Below are positions 1 to 9,668 of a DNA stretch of 64,000 nucleotides, piece after piece. Numbering within the stretch: the stretch's first letter is position 1; every line of letters starts with the position of its first letter. The translations under genes and the position numbers were made by a program. The notes beneath the pieces were generated by a model. That model was not told the DNA's origin. It saw only the letters and a program-made list of their open reading frames with translations, and searched no databases. The stretch is from an uncultured Spirochaetota bacterium (GTDB lineage Bacteria; Spirochaetota; Spirochaetia; SZUA-6; Fen-1364). The DNA lies in contig CAWJSK010000012.1 in NCBI GenBank assembly GCA_963845535.1, positions 256,001 through 320,000 on the forward strand. Direction: 5' to 3'.

Positions 1-73
1 ACGATCGCCGGCGGCAATCCGTCATTTACCGGAAGGCCGCCAGTACGTTGTGCAACCTTTGTACAGGCAATCC

Positions 74-102
74 TTGAAGAGCTGTATACGGTTCACTAAA
101 CT
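74..102 (+). promoter_or_regulatory. sigma70-type promoter of the HD-GYP gene
   Basis: TTGAAG (74-79), 17 bp spacer, TAAACT (97-102); AGGGAG SD before GTG at 133. Confidence 0.55.
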
Positions 103-132
103 ATATGTGACGAGGGGAAAAAGGGAGACTCT

Positions 133-2067
133 GTGCCGAATCTTGTTCTGAAGGTAGCGGAAGGCGTTCCTGAGCTTCCCGCCGTCGTGCAAAAAGACAA
201 AGCGCTGGCGGTCCAGCGGGTCCGCCGTATGAGCACAGCGTCGTCGAACGGCGTCGACCTGGTTGGATGGCTGGTGGACAATAGCTTCCTGGAAAAGAAC
301 GGCAAGGCCCTGAGTGATCTGGAGCCGGGCTCGGTCCTCCTGTGGAACCCCGGCGGCAAGGCTCCGGCGCCCGAGGGCTCCCTGCCGGATGAGCTTCTCT
401 ACGAGGAGGTCTTTTCCTTCACGCGGCCCACGGAGCTCCAGCGCACGCTGAGGAACCTGTTTCACCGGCTCCACCTCGAACGGGAGCTGGCGGAGAAGGA
501 CAGGCTGCTGAAAGCGAAGGAAACGGAGAACTCCGAGCTCCTCCAGGTCGGCATTGCCCTTTCGGCGGAGCGGGACAACGACAAGCTCCTGTCCTACATC
601 CTGCGTCAGCTCCGCCAGATCACGCGGGCGGACGCGGGGACCCTGTACCTGGTGGACCGTGACGAAGCCGGCAGCGCGCAGCAGCTTCGCTTCAAGATTG
701 CGCAGAACGACTCCAACCCTCGCGACTACACGGAGTTCGTGATGCCGATCTCCACGAAGACCATCTCGGGTTACGTGGCATCCACGGGCTCCGTCCTCAA
801 TATCGAGGATGCGTACAAGATCCCGGCGGACAAGGAGTATGGCTTCAACGTCAGCATGGACAAGTCCACCGGCTACCGTTCCAAGAGCATGCTCACCGTG
901 CCCATGCAGGACCACAAGGGGGAGATCCTCGGAGTCATCCAGCTCATCAACCGAAAGACGGATTTCGCCCTGAAGATCGCAACCCCCGCGGACGTGGACC
1001 GGATCGTCATTCCGTTCTCCCGGGACGTCGAGCAGCTGGTGCTTTCCCTTGCCTCGCAAGCGGCGGTATCCCTGGAGAACAACAAGCTCTACCAGGACAT
1101 CGAGACGCTTTTCGAGGGGTTCGTGAAAGCCTCGGTGACGGCAATCGAGTCTCGAGATCCCACCACCTCCGGCCATTCCACGCGGGTGGCCGGTTACACG
1201 GTAGGCCTTGCGGAGGCGGTCACGCGCGCGGGTACGGGGGCCTACCGCAACATCAGCTTCACGCCCGAGCACATGAAAGAGATCCGCTACGCGAGCCTTC
1301 TCCATGATTTCGGCAAGGTCGGCGTTCGGGAGCAGGTGCTGGTGAAGGCGGACAAACTCTATCCGGGCCAGCGAGAGCTGGTGAGGATGAGGCTCGCCTA
1401 CATTCGCAAGGCGAAGCGCTACGAGCTTCTGAGGGAAAAGTTCGCCGCGCTCCTCAAAGACGGCGACCAAGGCTACCGCAAAATCCAGGAAGAGAAAGAC
1501 CGCCAGGAAAATGCGTTCATGGAGGAGATCGACCGCTATCTTCAGACAATCGAGGCCGCCAATATCCCCACCGTGCTTGCGGCGGACCCCTCCCGGCTGT
1601 TGGACGAGATCCACGGCAGGACGTTCCCGGACGGCGAGGTCACGGTCCCCTACCTCACCGACGACGAGTACGTGAAGCTCAAGATACCCAAGGGGAGTCT
1701 CGACGACGAAGAACGGGAACAGATCAACAGCCACGTCTCACACACGTACAAGTTCCTCCAGACCATTCCGTGGACCAGGGAGATGCGCAACATTCCCGTG
1801 ATTGCCTGGGGGCACCATGAGAAGTTGGACGGGTCAGGGTATCCCCGCAAGATCCGGGGAGAGGAGATCTGCGTTCAGACCAGGATGATGACGGTCTCCG
1901 ACATCTACGATGCCCTGACCGCAAGCGACCGGCCGTACAAGAAAGCCGTTCCTCCGCAGAAGGCCCTCGACATCCTGAACGCCGGCGTCAAGGACAGTGA
2001 GCTCGACGCCGACCTGGTGAAAATATTCATCGAGGCGAAGGTCTGGGAGAAGAAGCCCGAAGCTTGA
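133..2067 (+). CDS. GAF + HD-GYP domain c-di-GMP phosphodiesterase
   Basis: GAF (ADAGTLYL...SMLTVPM...GVIQLIN); HD motif LHDFGKVG; HHEKLDGSGYP; DIYDALT...RPYK. Confidence 0.9.
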   Translation: MPNLVLKVAEGVPELPAVVQKDKALAVQRVRRMSTASSNGVDLVGWLVDNSFLEKNGKALSDLEPGSVLLWNPGGKAPAPEGSLPDELLYEEVFSFTRPTELQRTLRNLFHRLHLERELAEKDRLLKAKETENSELLQVGIALSAERDNDKLLSYILRQLRQITRADAGTLYLVDRDEAGSAQQLRFKIAQNDSNPRDYTEFVMPISTKTISGYVASTGSVLNIEDAYKIPADKEYGFNVSMDKSTGYRSKSMLTVPMQDHKGEILGVIQLINRKTDFALKIATPADVDRIVIPFSRDVEQLVLSLASQAAVSLENNKLYQDIETLFEGFVKASVTAIESRDPTTSGHSTRVAGYTVGLAEAVTRAGTGAYRNISFTPEHMKEIRYASLLHDFGKVGVREQVLVKADKLYPGQRELVRMRLAYIRKAKRYELLREKFAALLKDGDQGYRKIQEEKDRQENAFMEEIDRYLQTIEAANIPTVLAADPSRLLDEIHGRTFPDGEVTVPYLTDDEYVKLKIPKGSLDDEEREQINSHVSHTYKFLQTIPWTREMRNIPVIAWGHHEKLDGSGYPRKIRGEEICVQTRMMTVSDIYDALTASDRPYKKAVPPQKALDILNAGVKDSELDADLVKIFIEAKVWEKKPEA

Positions 2068-3049
2068 TGATCTCATCCTGCTCGGAGAACCCGAGCAGGC
2101 TTCTGCGGCCGTCGCTTTCAAGCCAGACCCCATCCCCGGGCTTCGTGATGATGCCAATCACTGTCGCCGGGATCCCGCTGTCCCTGACTCTCTGACAAGC
2201 CTTTTCAGCCGCTGGAGGCGCGGCGGTGAAAAGGAGCGCGCCCGAGCCCAGCAGTCCGAGCGGGTTCATCCCAAAACGCCGGCAGAGCTTTCGGGTCTCA
2301 TCCCTCACGCCGAGTGACTCCGCCTGGATCACCGCGCCCACACCGCTTGCGCGACAGATCTCGTGGATGCCCATTGCAACGCCGCCCTCCGTGGGGTCAT
2401 GACAGCTCGTCAAGGGCAGCCCCTGGAGGAGGCGGCCCTCCGCCACGACGGAAATCCCCGGCTCATCCAGCCACCCCAGCACCGCCTCATGGGCTTCGCG
2501 TCCCAGCTCGGCCAGCGACTCCTGCGGCCGCTCTCGGGCTATCGTGGTGGAGCCCTCCAGCCCGGCCCACTTCGTCATGCAGAGGTGATCCCCGGGACGG
2601 GCGCCCGCCGTGGAAAGCGGAGGGCCTGAGAGAAAGCCGACTGCCTGCCCGCACACGACGGTCCGCGTCACCGCGAGGGTCACCTCGGTATGGCCGCCCA
2701 CCCAGAGGAGGCCGGCACGGTTGCAGGCGTTCGAAATGTCGCGGAAAACCTTTTCGAGGTCCTCCTCCGTTGCCCCGAGGGGAAGCAGGACAGTCGTGGT
2801 CAGGTAGATAGGAACGCCGCCCATGGCGACGATATCGTTGGCGTTAACCGCAACAACGTACGCGCCAAGACGTTCGTCGGTGAATGTGACGGGATCCGCG
2901 GTGAGGACGATCCTCTCCGCGCCACGCGCCACTGCGGCGTCCTCACCCGGTCCCGCCCCTACTTCGATGAGCGGCGAACGGGACGTGAGCCGCAAGAGCT
3001 TCTCCAGCAGCTCGGAAGGCAATTTCCCTTCGGGGAGCGGGGGCTTCAT
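2027..3049 (-). CDS. AIR synthase-related (PurM/HypE/ThiL superfamily) protein
   Basis: GPGEDAAV, VNANDIVAMGG, VGGHTEVT, HDPTEGG motifs; 3' end overlaps the HD-GYP gene convergently. Confidence 0.85.
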   Translation of the reverse strand: MKPPLPEGKLPSELLEKLLRLTSRSPLIEVGAGPGEDAAVARGAERIVLTADPVTFTDERLGAYVVAVNANDIVAMGGVPIYLTTTVLLPLGATEEDLEKVFRDISNACNRAGLLWVGGHTEVTLAVTRTVVCGQAVGFLSGPPLSTAGARPGDHLCMTKWAGLEGSTTIARERPQESLAELGREAHEAVLGWLDEPGISVVAEGRLLQGLPLTSCHDPTEGGVAMGIHEICRASGVGAVIQAESLGVRDETRKLCRRFGMNPLGLLGSGALLFTAAPPAAEKACQRVRDSGIPATVIGIITKPGDGVWLESDGRRSLLGFSEQDEIIKLRASSPRPSPR

Positions 3050-3100
3050 GTCCGGCCAAGAATCCGCGAAAGCCCGGCCTTCGTCAAGGAGAGGGAGCTT

Positions 3101-3754
3101 TCATTCGCAAAAGACACGATGCAGAGCATCAGCTGATCTGACCGCCGCCAAGTGATTGATCCTGGCTCTGGCTGCCGTCTTTTCTTGCATCGTGCCTTTG
3201 AGCCAGGCTTCCGTCTCATCCAGAAAGGCATTTAATGGTAGACCATCAATGCGCGGTTTGATGAACGCACGGTCTCCCCGGTAGAGGAAATAGCCGCGGC
3301 TGATCAGTTCAAGGCGGCAGCCGATATGGAGCGGCCACCAGTGCTTGTTCCAGGGCAGCCTGGATTCAGAGAAACAGAATCCTATGCGATCGTCTCCGGT
3401 ATCAGCTATCAGGTCGATCTGGCGAACGTTGCCCGTCTTCCACCAGAAGAAACGGGTCGTGGGAGCCCAGTCGATTATTTCCGGGATGATTGCATCAATG
3501 CAAAAGCCCCGAAAAGACTCCCGGCCTGGGCCATATGCGTGACGCAGATAGAGCATGGGCATTCTGCCGGAGCCCAGAAAAGGAAGCAGTCGAATCAGGC
3601 CTTCCTGCTCCAACTCCTGTACGAAGGCGGCGGCGGTGGTCCGGGAGACATCAAAGCGCTTGGCGATTGCCGTCTGATTCACAATCTTTCCATTCCACTC
3701 CGCCAGAAGATTAGTAAGGCAGCGCGACCTTGATTCCGGACACAAACACCGCAT
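3101..3754 (-). CDS. HTH + DUF4143-like protein (resembles the C-terminal part of AAA_14 ATPases, no ATPase domain)
   Basis: GKIVNQTAIAKRFDVSRTTA...LIRLLP...LYLR and FFWWKT...QIDLI motifs; AT-richer than flanks; start uncertain (3754 or 3802). Confidence 0.55.
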   Translation of the reverse strand: MRCLCPESRSRCLTNLLAEWNGKIVNQTAIAKRFDVSRTTAAAFVQELEQEGLIRLLPFLGSGRMPMLYLRHAYGPGRESFRGFCIDAIIPEIIDWAPTTRFFWWKTGNVRQIDLIADTGDDRIGFCFSESRLPWNKHWWPLHIGCRLELISRGYFLYRGDRAFIKPRIDGLPLNAFLDETEAWLKGTMQEKTAARARINHLAAVRSADALHRVFCE

Positions 3755-3811
3755 ACCTATGAAAAACGAGGAAATTGTCCAAAAAACTTGCACTTCTGGC
3801 ATTTTTTCAAT

Positions 3812-3854
3812 GCTTGTGTGCGGAGCGTACGGCTTGTGTGCGGAGCGTACGGCT
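3812..3854 (+). repeat. 20-bp tandem direct repeat (2 copies plus a partial third)
   Basis: GCTTGTGTGCGGAGCGTACG at 3812-3831 and 3832-3851, followed by GCT. Confidence 0.9.
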
Positions 3855-3928
3855 CGGGTGGGGAAGCGAGCAGCGACGCCTGGCAGGAGGGCAGGCGCGC
3901 GGGGCGGGTGCGGCTTGCATGAAGCGGC

Positions 3929-3957
3929 TTGCGCTGCCGGAGGCGCCGGAATACAAT
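3929..3957 (+). promoter_or_regulatory. sigma70-type promoter, near-leaderless
   Basis: TTGCGC, 17 bp, TACAAT, 9 nt, ATG at 3967; no SD. Confidence 0.6.
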
Positions 3958-3966
3958 AGGGCCCTC

Positions 3967-4766
3967 ATGGAAAAATCGCGAGCTCAGGAATACATGCAAA
4001 AGTTCGGTGACCAGTCCATCCGTTTTACGCCGTTCGCATTGAAAAAAACGGGGCTCGTCCCATCCCAGGTGTTTCTCAAGATCGAGGACTACCTCCTGAT
4101 CTGCGCCCCCTTCCAGCTCTCCATGAAGCGGGGCATTTTCCTCGTCGTCTTGAGCGCCCAGGAGATCTCTTTTTCCAGCAGTTCCAGAAGAAGCTCTGCT
4201 CGATCAACCTCACGTTCCAGCAGACCGGCGGCAAGAAACCGCTGACCCTGCTCGTGCGAGGAACGCTGGACAGGGTCGGTCCCGTGAAAGGCAAGCAGAA
4301 CGTGTGCATGATGGACGCATCGTTCAGGGCGTGCCCCAACGACCTCGCGGAGATCGTAGGGGAGTATCTGTACGCCTACGAAGGCCTTCGCAACCAGTAC
4401 GAGAACTTCTCCGGCAAGTCCATTCCGCTGGATCAGGCCACGGCAAGGCTCATGCGCTACAACAACTACGTGGAGCTGGTTGTCGGCGCAACGAAAGCCA
4501 GGGCGACTCTGGTCTCCATCGCCGCCAATTGCCTCTCCCTGAGGCTTCCCGCGCGTCCCGCGGAGCTTTCCGAAGGGGCCGCATGCTCGCTTCGGCTGTA
4601 TTTCCAGGTCTACCAGTTCACCGCCAACGGGAAGGTGACGGCATTAGAGACGGGGGACGGAGGGCAGGTAACGGCCACAATCTGCCTCGAGTTCACGCCT
4701 GAGTTGATCGAGATCGTCGACGACTATTTCTTCCGCCAGAGCATCGAGGCCCGTGGGAAGGCATAG
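3967..4766 (+). CDS. PilZN3/PlzA-like protein (frameshift near 4170, probably a sequencing error)
   Basis: MEKSRAQEYMQKFGDQSIRFTPFALKKTGLVPSQVFLKIEDYLLICAPFQLSM resembles the spirochaete PlzA N-domain; the frame shifts in a T run and continues into ORF 4254..4766. Confidence 0.65.
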
Positions 4767-4844
4767 CGCGGCCGCAGCTCTTTTTTGCGAATTTTGTGAC
4801 ACTCCCGTGACTTTCCAGATACATATTATTGGAGGGAGGCTCAC

Positions 4845-5969
4845 GTGAAAACGAAAGCTCTGGTAAAGGAACTCCAAAGGCAGATCAAGCCGGACGTCGA
4901 CGCCCACTACCCGGGGCAGGCGCTCGTGGATTGGTTTTCGCGAGGCCAGGACGCGGACCTTTGGCGCATCAACGCCTTTGTCGTTGCGGAGCAGCTGGAG
5001 GTTGACCGCGGAAAACTCCTTGCGACTTTCCTCCGGCTCGTGCGGGAGGGCGTTCTTGACCTGAGCTGGGACTTCCACTGCACCACGTGCAACGCCGTTG
5101 CCGGCAACCACCGCCACCTCCAGGAAGCCACCGCCGGCGGCCACTGCCCCTTGTGCAACGTGGACTTCCGCAATGACCTTGCCCGCAATGTCGAGGTCAC
5201 GTTCACGCCGAGCGCCAATCTCTACACGGTTGACCGGAGGTTCCTGGACGACCAGACCCGGATTACCGTCCAGCTTCACAAGGAAAAGAAGATCAAACTG
5301 CCGGGCACGTACGTTACCGGGATGGATTGCCTGCACGTTCCACTCTTCCGCGAAATGTTCGAGACCGAGACGCTGTCCATCCGGGAAAGCCTGAGCATCA
5401 GCCAGGTGTGCATCATGTTCACCGACATCAAGGGATCCACGGCCCTCTACGACCGGCTGGGGGACTCCTCTGCATACGCCCTCGTGCGGGACCACTTCGA
5501 CATACTGTTCAAGGCGGTGGAGAACCATGGAGGCGTGATCGTCAAGACGATCGGGGACTCGGTGATGGCGTCGTTTCGCCGTCCTGCCGACGGCGTGGCC
5601 GCGGCCATGGCAATCCAGGAGGGGTTCGAGGAGTTCAACAGGCGGGAGAACCTCAAGAACGAGATCATCGTCAAAGTCGGCGTTCACGCCGGCAGCACCA
5701 TCATGGTGAACCTCAACAACAGGCTGGACTATTTCGGGCAGGTCGTGAACATGGCCGCGCGCATCCAGGGCACGGCGGACGGAGGGGAGATCATCATCTC
5801 GAAGGATGTGCGGAGCGACGCAGGAGCCATTGAGCGCATGCGGGGCCGCGTGAGAGGGCTCACCCGGCGGCTTCAGACGCTGAAGGGCATTTCCGGGGCG
5901 CAGGAAACGTTCCGCCTGGAGTTCAGCCCCGCGTGGAAAGCCGCAACCGTCCCGACGCTTACCCGTTGA
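4845..5969 (+). CDS. class III adenylate/guanylate cyclase with N-terminal DUF5939-like zinc-ribbon domain
   Basis: CTTC...CPLC; MFTDIKGST, VKTIGDSVM, DYFGQVVNMAARIQ; GGAGG SD. Confidence 0.85.
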   Translation: MKTKALVKELQRQIKPDVDAHYPGQALVDWFSRGQDADLWRINAFVVAEQLEVDRGKLLATFLRLVREGVLDLSWDFHCTTCNAVAGNHRHLQEATAGGHCPLCNVDFRNDLARNVEVTFTPSANLYTVDRRFLDDQTRITVQLHKEKKIKLPGTYVTGMDCLHVPLFREMFETETLSIRESLSISQVCIMFTDIKGSTALYDRLGDSSAYALVRDHFDILFKAVENHGGVIVKTIGDSVMASFRRPADGVAAAMAIQEGFEEFNRRENLKNEIIVKVGVHAGSTIMVNLNNRLDYFGQVVNMAARIQGTADGGEIIISKDVRSDAGAIERMRGRVRGLTRRLQTLKGISGAQETFRLEFSPAWKAATVPTLTR

Positions 5970-6402
5970 CCGACATGAGGCGCGTAAAGCGAACCAGCTG
6001 GCTTGGTCTTCGCAGCGCGCCCCCTATCTTCACCCGGCCCGTGAGCAGCCCCTTTCGAAGCGCACTGCCCTCTTTCCCGAAAAGGAAAGGGAGACCGAAC
6101 ATGATCCTGACGGCGGCCAGCCCCAGGAGCCCTTCGGCAGAGGCGCGGACCCTGATGTCGGGCGCGCCATGGATGCCTCCATGCACCGTAAGGGCCCCGC
6201 GGTCGAAGGCAAGGGTGACCGAAACTTCCGCATCCACTGCTTCCAGGGAAATAAGGGAATCCAGCCGGGCGAAGTCAGCCCATTTGCCGGGGCTCTGCTC
6301 GAGGTTGGCCCGTATGAGGTCAGCGAGCATCACGGCCAGCCCGACCTCTGCCGCCCCCTCTGCAAGGCGCACGTACTCCCGTGCTTCCCAGCGGGGAGTC
6401 AT
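5959..6402 (-). CDS. SCP2 sterol/lipid-binding domain protein
   Basis: VTLAFDRGALTVHGG...PDIRVRAS...LLTGRVKIGG SCP2-like pattern; ATGA overlap with the ADH stop. Confidence 0.65.
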   Translation of the reverse strand: MTPRWEAREYVRLAEGAAEVGLAVMLADLIRANLEQSPGKWADFARLDSLISLEAVDAEVSVTLAFDRGALTVHGGIHGAPDIRVRASAEGLLGLAAVRIMFGLPFLFGKEGSALRKGLLTGRVKIGGALRRPSQLVRFTRLMSVNG

Positions 6403-7577
6403 GCCGGCTTTCCGGACCACGCCGCTTTCAGCACGCGCAGCACGTCCGCCGCGTTGGTGACAGGCTTGGGGTTCTGCACGATTGCGCCGTCTGACAACGT
6501 CATCTCCGCGCAGGCGGCAAGATCATCCTCAGGGACCCCCGCCTCCCGGAAGGTGCGGAGAAGGCCCACCTCCCCCACGAAGGCTGACACCGCCTCGGCT
6601 GCTTTCCCGCCCGCGGCCTCGTCACTCATTGCGCGAACGTCCACACCCATGGCTTCCGCAACCAGTCTGTGACGGTCAGCCACCACGTCGTTGTTATACC
6701 TCATCACGTGGGGCATGGCGATGGCGTTCGCAAGCCCGTGATGAACGCCGTGGCGCGCCCCCACCACGTGAGCGATGGCGTGGAGCAATCCCACCTGCGA
6801 GTTCGAGAACGCGGCTCCCGCCAGGGTGGCCGCAATCAGCATCTGCCCGCGGGCGCCGATGTCAGAGCCGTTCTTCACCGCAGTCGGGAGATGCCTCCGG
6901 ATCAACCTGATGGCATGCAGGCCGAGCGCGTCAGAGATGGGCTCCCGCAAGGCGGAGGTGAGCGCCTCATAGCCGTGGGAGAGCGCATCCAGCCCCGTGG
7001 CCGCGGTGAGAAACGCTGGCAAGCCGACGGTGAGGTTCGGGTCCAGGATGGCCACGTCCGGAATGATGTGATAGTCGCCGAAGCTCAACTTGCGCTTTCT
7101 CTCGTGGTCCTTGATGACCGCGAAATAGGTCACCTCCGAGCCGGTGCCCGCGGTGGTGGGGATGCAGATGTGGGGGGTCTGGCGGCGGGTGAGCAGTTGA
7201 AACCCCTGGTGGTCCAGGAGCGAACCGCCTTCGGTGAGGAGGATGGCGATTCCCTTGGCGGTGTCGATCACGCTGCCGCCGCCAATGCTCACAATGGAGT
7301 CCGCCCCCCGCGCGCGGCCAAGCTCGGCACCCGCGTTGACGGTGTGCACTCCGGAGTCGGGGGGAACGTCGGAGAAGACGCCGACGCAGGCCGGCCCGAG
7401 GGACGCAACCACTTTTGCCACGAGCTCGGTCTCGTGGAGAAAACCGTCGGTGACTACGAGCGCCTTCGCGCAGCCAAGGGCTGCAAGCTCCAGACCCACC
7501 TCTCGAGAGGCGCCGGCGCCAAAGACCACCTTCGTGGGGTTCGTGAACAGGAATGACAGATCCGACGGATAATCCAC
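6399..7577 (-). CDS. iron-containing alcohol dehydrogenase
   Basis: GGGSVIDTAK, PTTAGTGSEVT, DALSHGYE, HAIAH, HHG metal ligands. Confidence 0.92.
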   Translation of the reverse strand: MDYPSDLSFLFTNPTKVVFGAGASREVGLELAALGCAKALVVTDGFLHETELVAKVVASLGPACVGVFSDVPPDSGVHTVNAGAELGRARGADSIVSIGGGSVIDTAKGIAILLTEGGSLLDHQGFQLLTRRQTPHICIPTTAGTGSEVTYFAVIKDHERKRKLSFGDYHIIPDVAILDPNLTVGLPAFLTAATGLDALSHGYEALTSALREPISDALGLHAIRLIRRHLPTAVKNGSDIGARGQMLIAATLAGAAFSNSQVGLLHAIAHVVGARHGVHHGLANAIAMPHVMRYNNDVVADRHRLVAEAMGVDVRAMSDEAAGGKAAEAVSAFVGEVGLLRTFREAGVPEDDLAACAEMTLSDGAIVQNPKPVTNAADVLRVLKAAWSGKPA

Positions 7578-7584
7578 GGCGTTG

Positions 7585-8004
7585 CTACTCGTCGAGGAAC
7601 TTCGTGTCGAGCTTCGCCGCGGAGTTCACAAGCTCCTGCGCTGCCTGCACCGCGCGAACGATTGTGGGCAGGTCTCCTTTGAGCTTGAGCTTGCCCTGCA
7701 TCATGCCTTTGATGGGCTCAAGCTCCTTGCGAAGCACCTGCTTCCACCTTCCATAGTCTCCGGTGATGCAGAACGGGGCCTTCATGGCTTCCGCGACACT
7801 CACGGACTTGGCCTCCCGGCACACCCCCCGGTCGAGGTCGAGCCAGATCCCGACGTCACCGGGAAAAGCGGGAGGCTGGGCCTTGCAGACCAAGGCGACC
7901 ACGCCGTAGATCCAATCCGCCGCCGCCGTCTTGTAGGCGGGGTTGCCGTTGATGGCGGCCTTGTACGCGGAGATCCATTCCTCGGTGAAAAACGGAATGC
8001 CCAT
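7585..8004 (-). CDS. SCP2 sterol/lipid-binding domain protein
   Basis: FFTEEWI...W...EPIKGMMQGKLKLKGDL SCP2 signature. Confidence 0.85.
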   Translation of the reverse strand: MGIPFFTEEWISAYKAAINGNPAYKTAAADWIYGVVALVCKAQPPAFPGDVGIWLDLDRGVCREAKSVSVAEAMKAPFCITGDYGRWKQVLRKELEPIKGMMQGKLKLKGDLPTIVRAVQAAQELVNSAAKLDTKFLDE

Positions 8005-8022
8005 GGACGCCCCCTTTTTTCT

Positions 8023-9522
8023 CTAGTCGTTGAGGATGTAGTCGTACCAGAACTTCTTCGACCTCGGAAGGGCGAGGTCGACGTGGATATGCTTGACCTG
8101 CGTGTATTCCAGCAGCCCGTGCGGTCCCATCTCTCGGCCCACCCCTGACTGCTTGTACCCGCCGAAGGGCGCGCGGGCGTTCAGGAGGTGGAAGTCGTTG
8201 ATCCATACCGTTCCTGTCCTAATGCGCTTGGCAATGGCGATGGCTTTCGGGATGTCCCGGGAGAAAACCGCTCCTCCCAGGCCGTAGATGCTGTCATTCG
8301 CCATCGAGATTGCGTCATCCAGATTGTCGTAGCGGATCACCGTGAGCACGGGCCCGAAAATTTCTTCCCGCGCAATCGTCGAGGTGTTGGAGACGCCCTC
8401 GAATATGGTGGGCTGCACGTACCAGCCCTTCTTCATGTCGGCCGGCGCGTGCCCGCCGCACACGAGGCGCGCCCCTTCTTTTCGGCCCGTCTCGATGTAC
8501 CCGAGCACGCGCGTGAGCTGCGCCTTGGAGACGAGAGGCCCCAGGGCGGTCTGGAAATCAGCGGGATCACCGACGGTGACGTGGCCGACCCTCTCCGTGG
8601 CGCGCTCCATGAACTCGTCATAGATGGAGGACGAGACAAAGCATCGCGTGCCGGATTCGCAGGCCTGCCCCGCAAAGAAGAACGTGCCGAACAACGCCCC
8701 ATCCACCGCAACGGACAGATCAGCATCATCACAGATGATGGTGGGGCTTTTTCCACCCAGCTCCAGGGTGACTTTCTTGATGGTGTCCGCCGCGAGCTTC
8801 ATGACGCGCCGGCCCGTCTCCGTGGAGCCGGTGAACGCCACCTTGTCCACCATCGGGTTCGTGCACAACTCCTCCCCCACTTCGGGGCCCGAGCCGACTA
8901 CGACGTTCAGCACCCCCGGCGGGAGATCACACTCGGCAGCCGCCTTGGCCAGCTCAAGGGCCGTCAAGGGAGTGTCGCTCGCGGGCTTGAGGACCATCGA
9001 GTTGCCCATGATGAGCGCGGGGGCGACTTTCCAGACCGCAATCATGAAAGGAAGGTTCCACGGGACGATCCCCGCGCAGACGCCAATGGGCTCGCGGTTG
9101 ACGAAGTTCCATGAGACGGCCGGGACGTCGATCCAGGGCAGGGGCTCATACGTTGGCACGCGTTCACCCAGCTCCACGAGCGTCTGGAAGTGCTCGATGC
9201 CGAAAGGGATCTCCATGAACGAGGTCTGGCGGATGGTTGCGCCGGAGTCCGCGGACTCCAGGCGGGCAAGCTCGTCCTGGCGGCCCTTGAGCTTCTCCAC
9301 GATGCGCATGAGGACTTTTGCGCGGTCCCGCACATCCATTCCGCTCCACACGCCGGAATCGAATGACCGGCGGGCAGCTTCGATGGCGCGCCGCGCGTCT
9401 GCCTTTGCGGCCACAGGAACGAGGGCGATGGGCTCCTCAGTTGCCGGGTTGAGCGTCGGCCTGCATTCGCCAGAACCGGCATCCACGAACCTGCCGTCGA
9501 TGTACATCTGGTACTTTTCCAT
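8023..9522 (-). CDS. aldehyde dehydrogenase
   Basis: PWNLP, FTGSTETG, LELGGKSP, GQACES (catalytic Cys), EEIFGP, PFGGYKQSG; GGAGG SD before ATG 9522. Confidence 0.95.
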   Translation of the reverse strand: MEKYQMYIDGRFVDAGSGECRPTLNPATEEPIALVPVAAKADARRAIEAARRSFDSGVWSGMDVRDRAKVLMRIVEKLKGRQDELARLESADSGATIRQTSFMEIPFGIEHFQTLVELGERVPTYEPLPWIDVPAVSWNFVNREPIGVCAGIVPWNLPFMIAVWKVAPALIMGNSMVLKPASDTPLTALELAKAAAECDLPPGVLNVVVGSGPEVGEELCTNPMVDKVAFTGSTETGRRVMKLAADTIKKVTLELGGKSPTIICDDADLSVAVDGALFGTFFFAGQACESGTRCFVSSSIYDEFMERATERVGHVTVGDPADFQTALGPLVSKAQLTRVLGYIETGRKEGARLVCGGHAPADMKKGWYVQPTIFEGVSNTSTIAREEIFGPVLTVIRYDNLDDAISMANDSIYGLGGAVFSRDIPKAIAIAKRIRTGTVWINDFHLLNARAPFGGYKQSGVGREMGPHGLLEYTQVKHIHVDLALPRSKKFWYDYILND

Positions 9523-9553
9523 GCGCGCCTCCCCCGAGGAAACAGACACGGGC

Positions 9554-9582
9554 ATGATACCGGGTGCGGAGTGAGAACGCAA
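9554..9582 (-). promoter_or_regulatory. sigma70-type promoter of the ALDH-SCP2-ADH-SCP2 operon
   Basis: minus strand TTGCGT, 17 bp, TATCAT. Confidence 0.6.
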
Positions 9583-9668
9583 GGGAATGGGCTTCTGGGC
9601 TCCCGCCTCCGCGCGCCAGGGGCGCCTTCCGCGCATCCATGCGCTCGGCGCCCCTCCGACATCCAGGT

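Noticed and set aside
22..1734. 570-aa minus-strand ORF, and similar long antisense ORFs at 11828..13363, 34340..36241, 36457..37905, 45925..47322, 56275..57888 and 58047..59438
   Set aside because: Each lies opposite a well-supported gene and reads as a typical reverse-frame translation
2027..3049. hypE as evidence for a NiFe-hydrogenase maturation locus
   Set aside because: No C-terminal PRIC motif and no other hyp genes; generic AIR-synthase-related protein
3812..3854. CRISPR array
   Set aside because: Two adjacent 20-bp copies with no spacers and no cas genes
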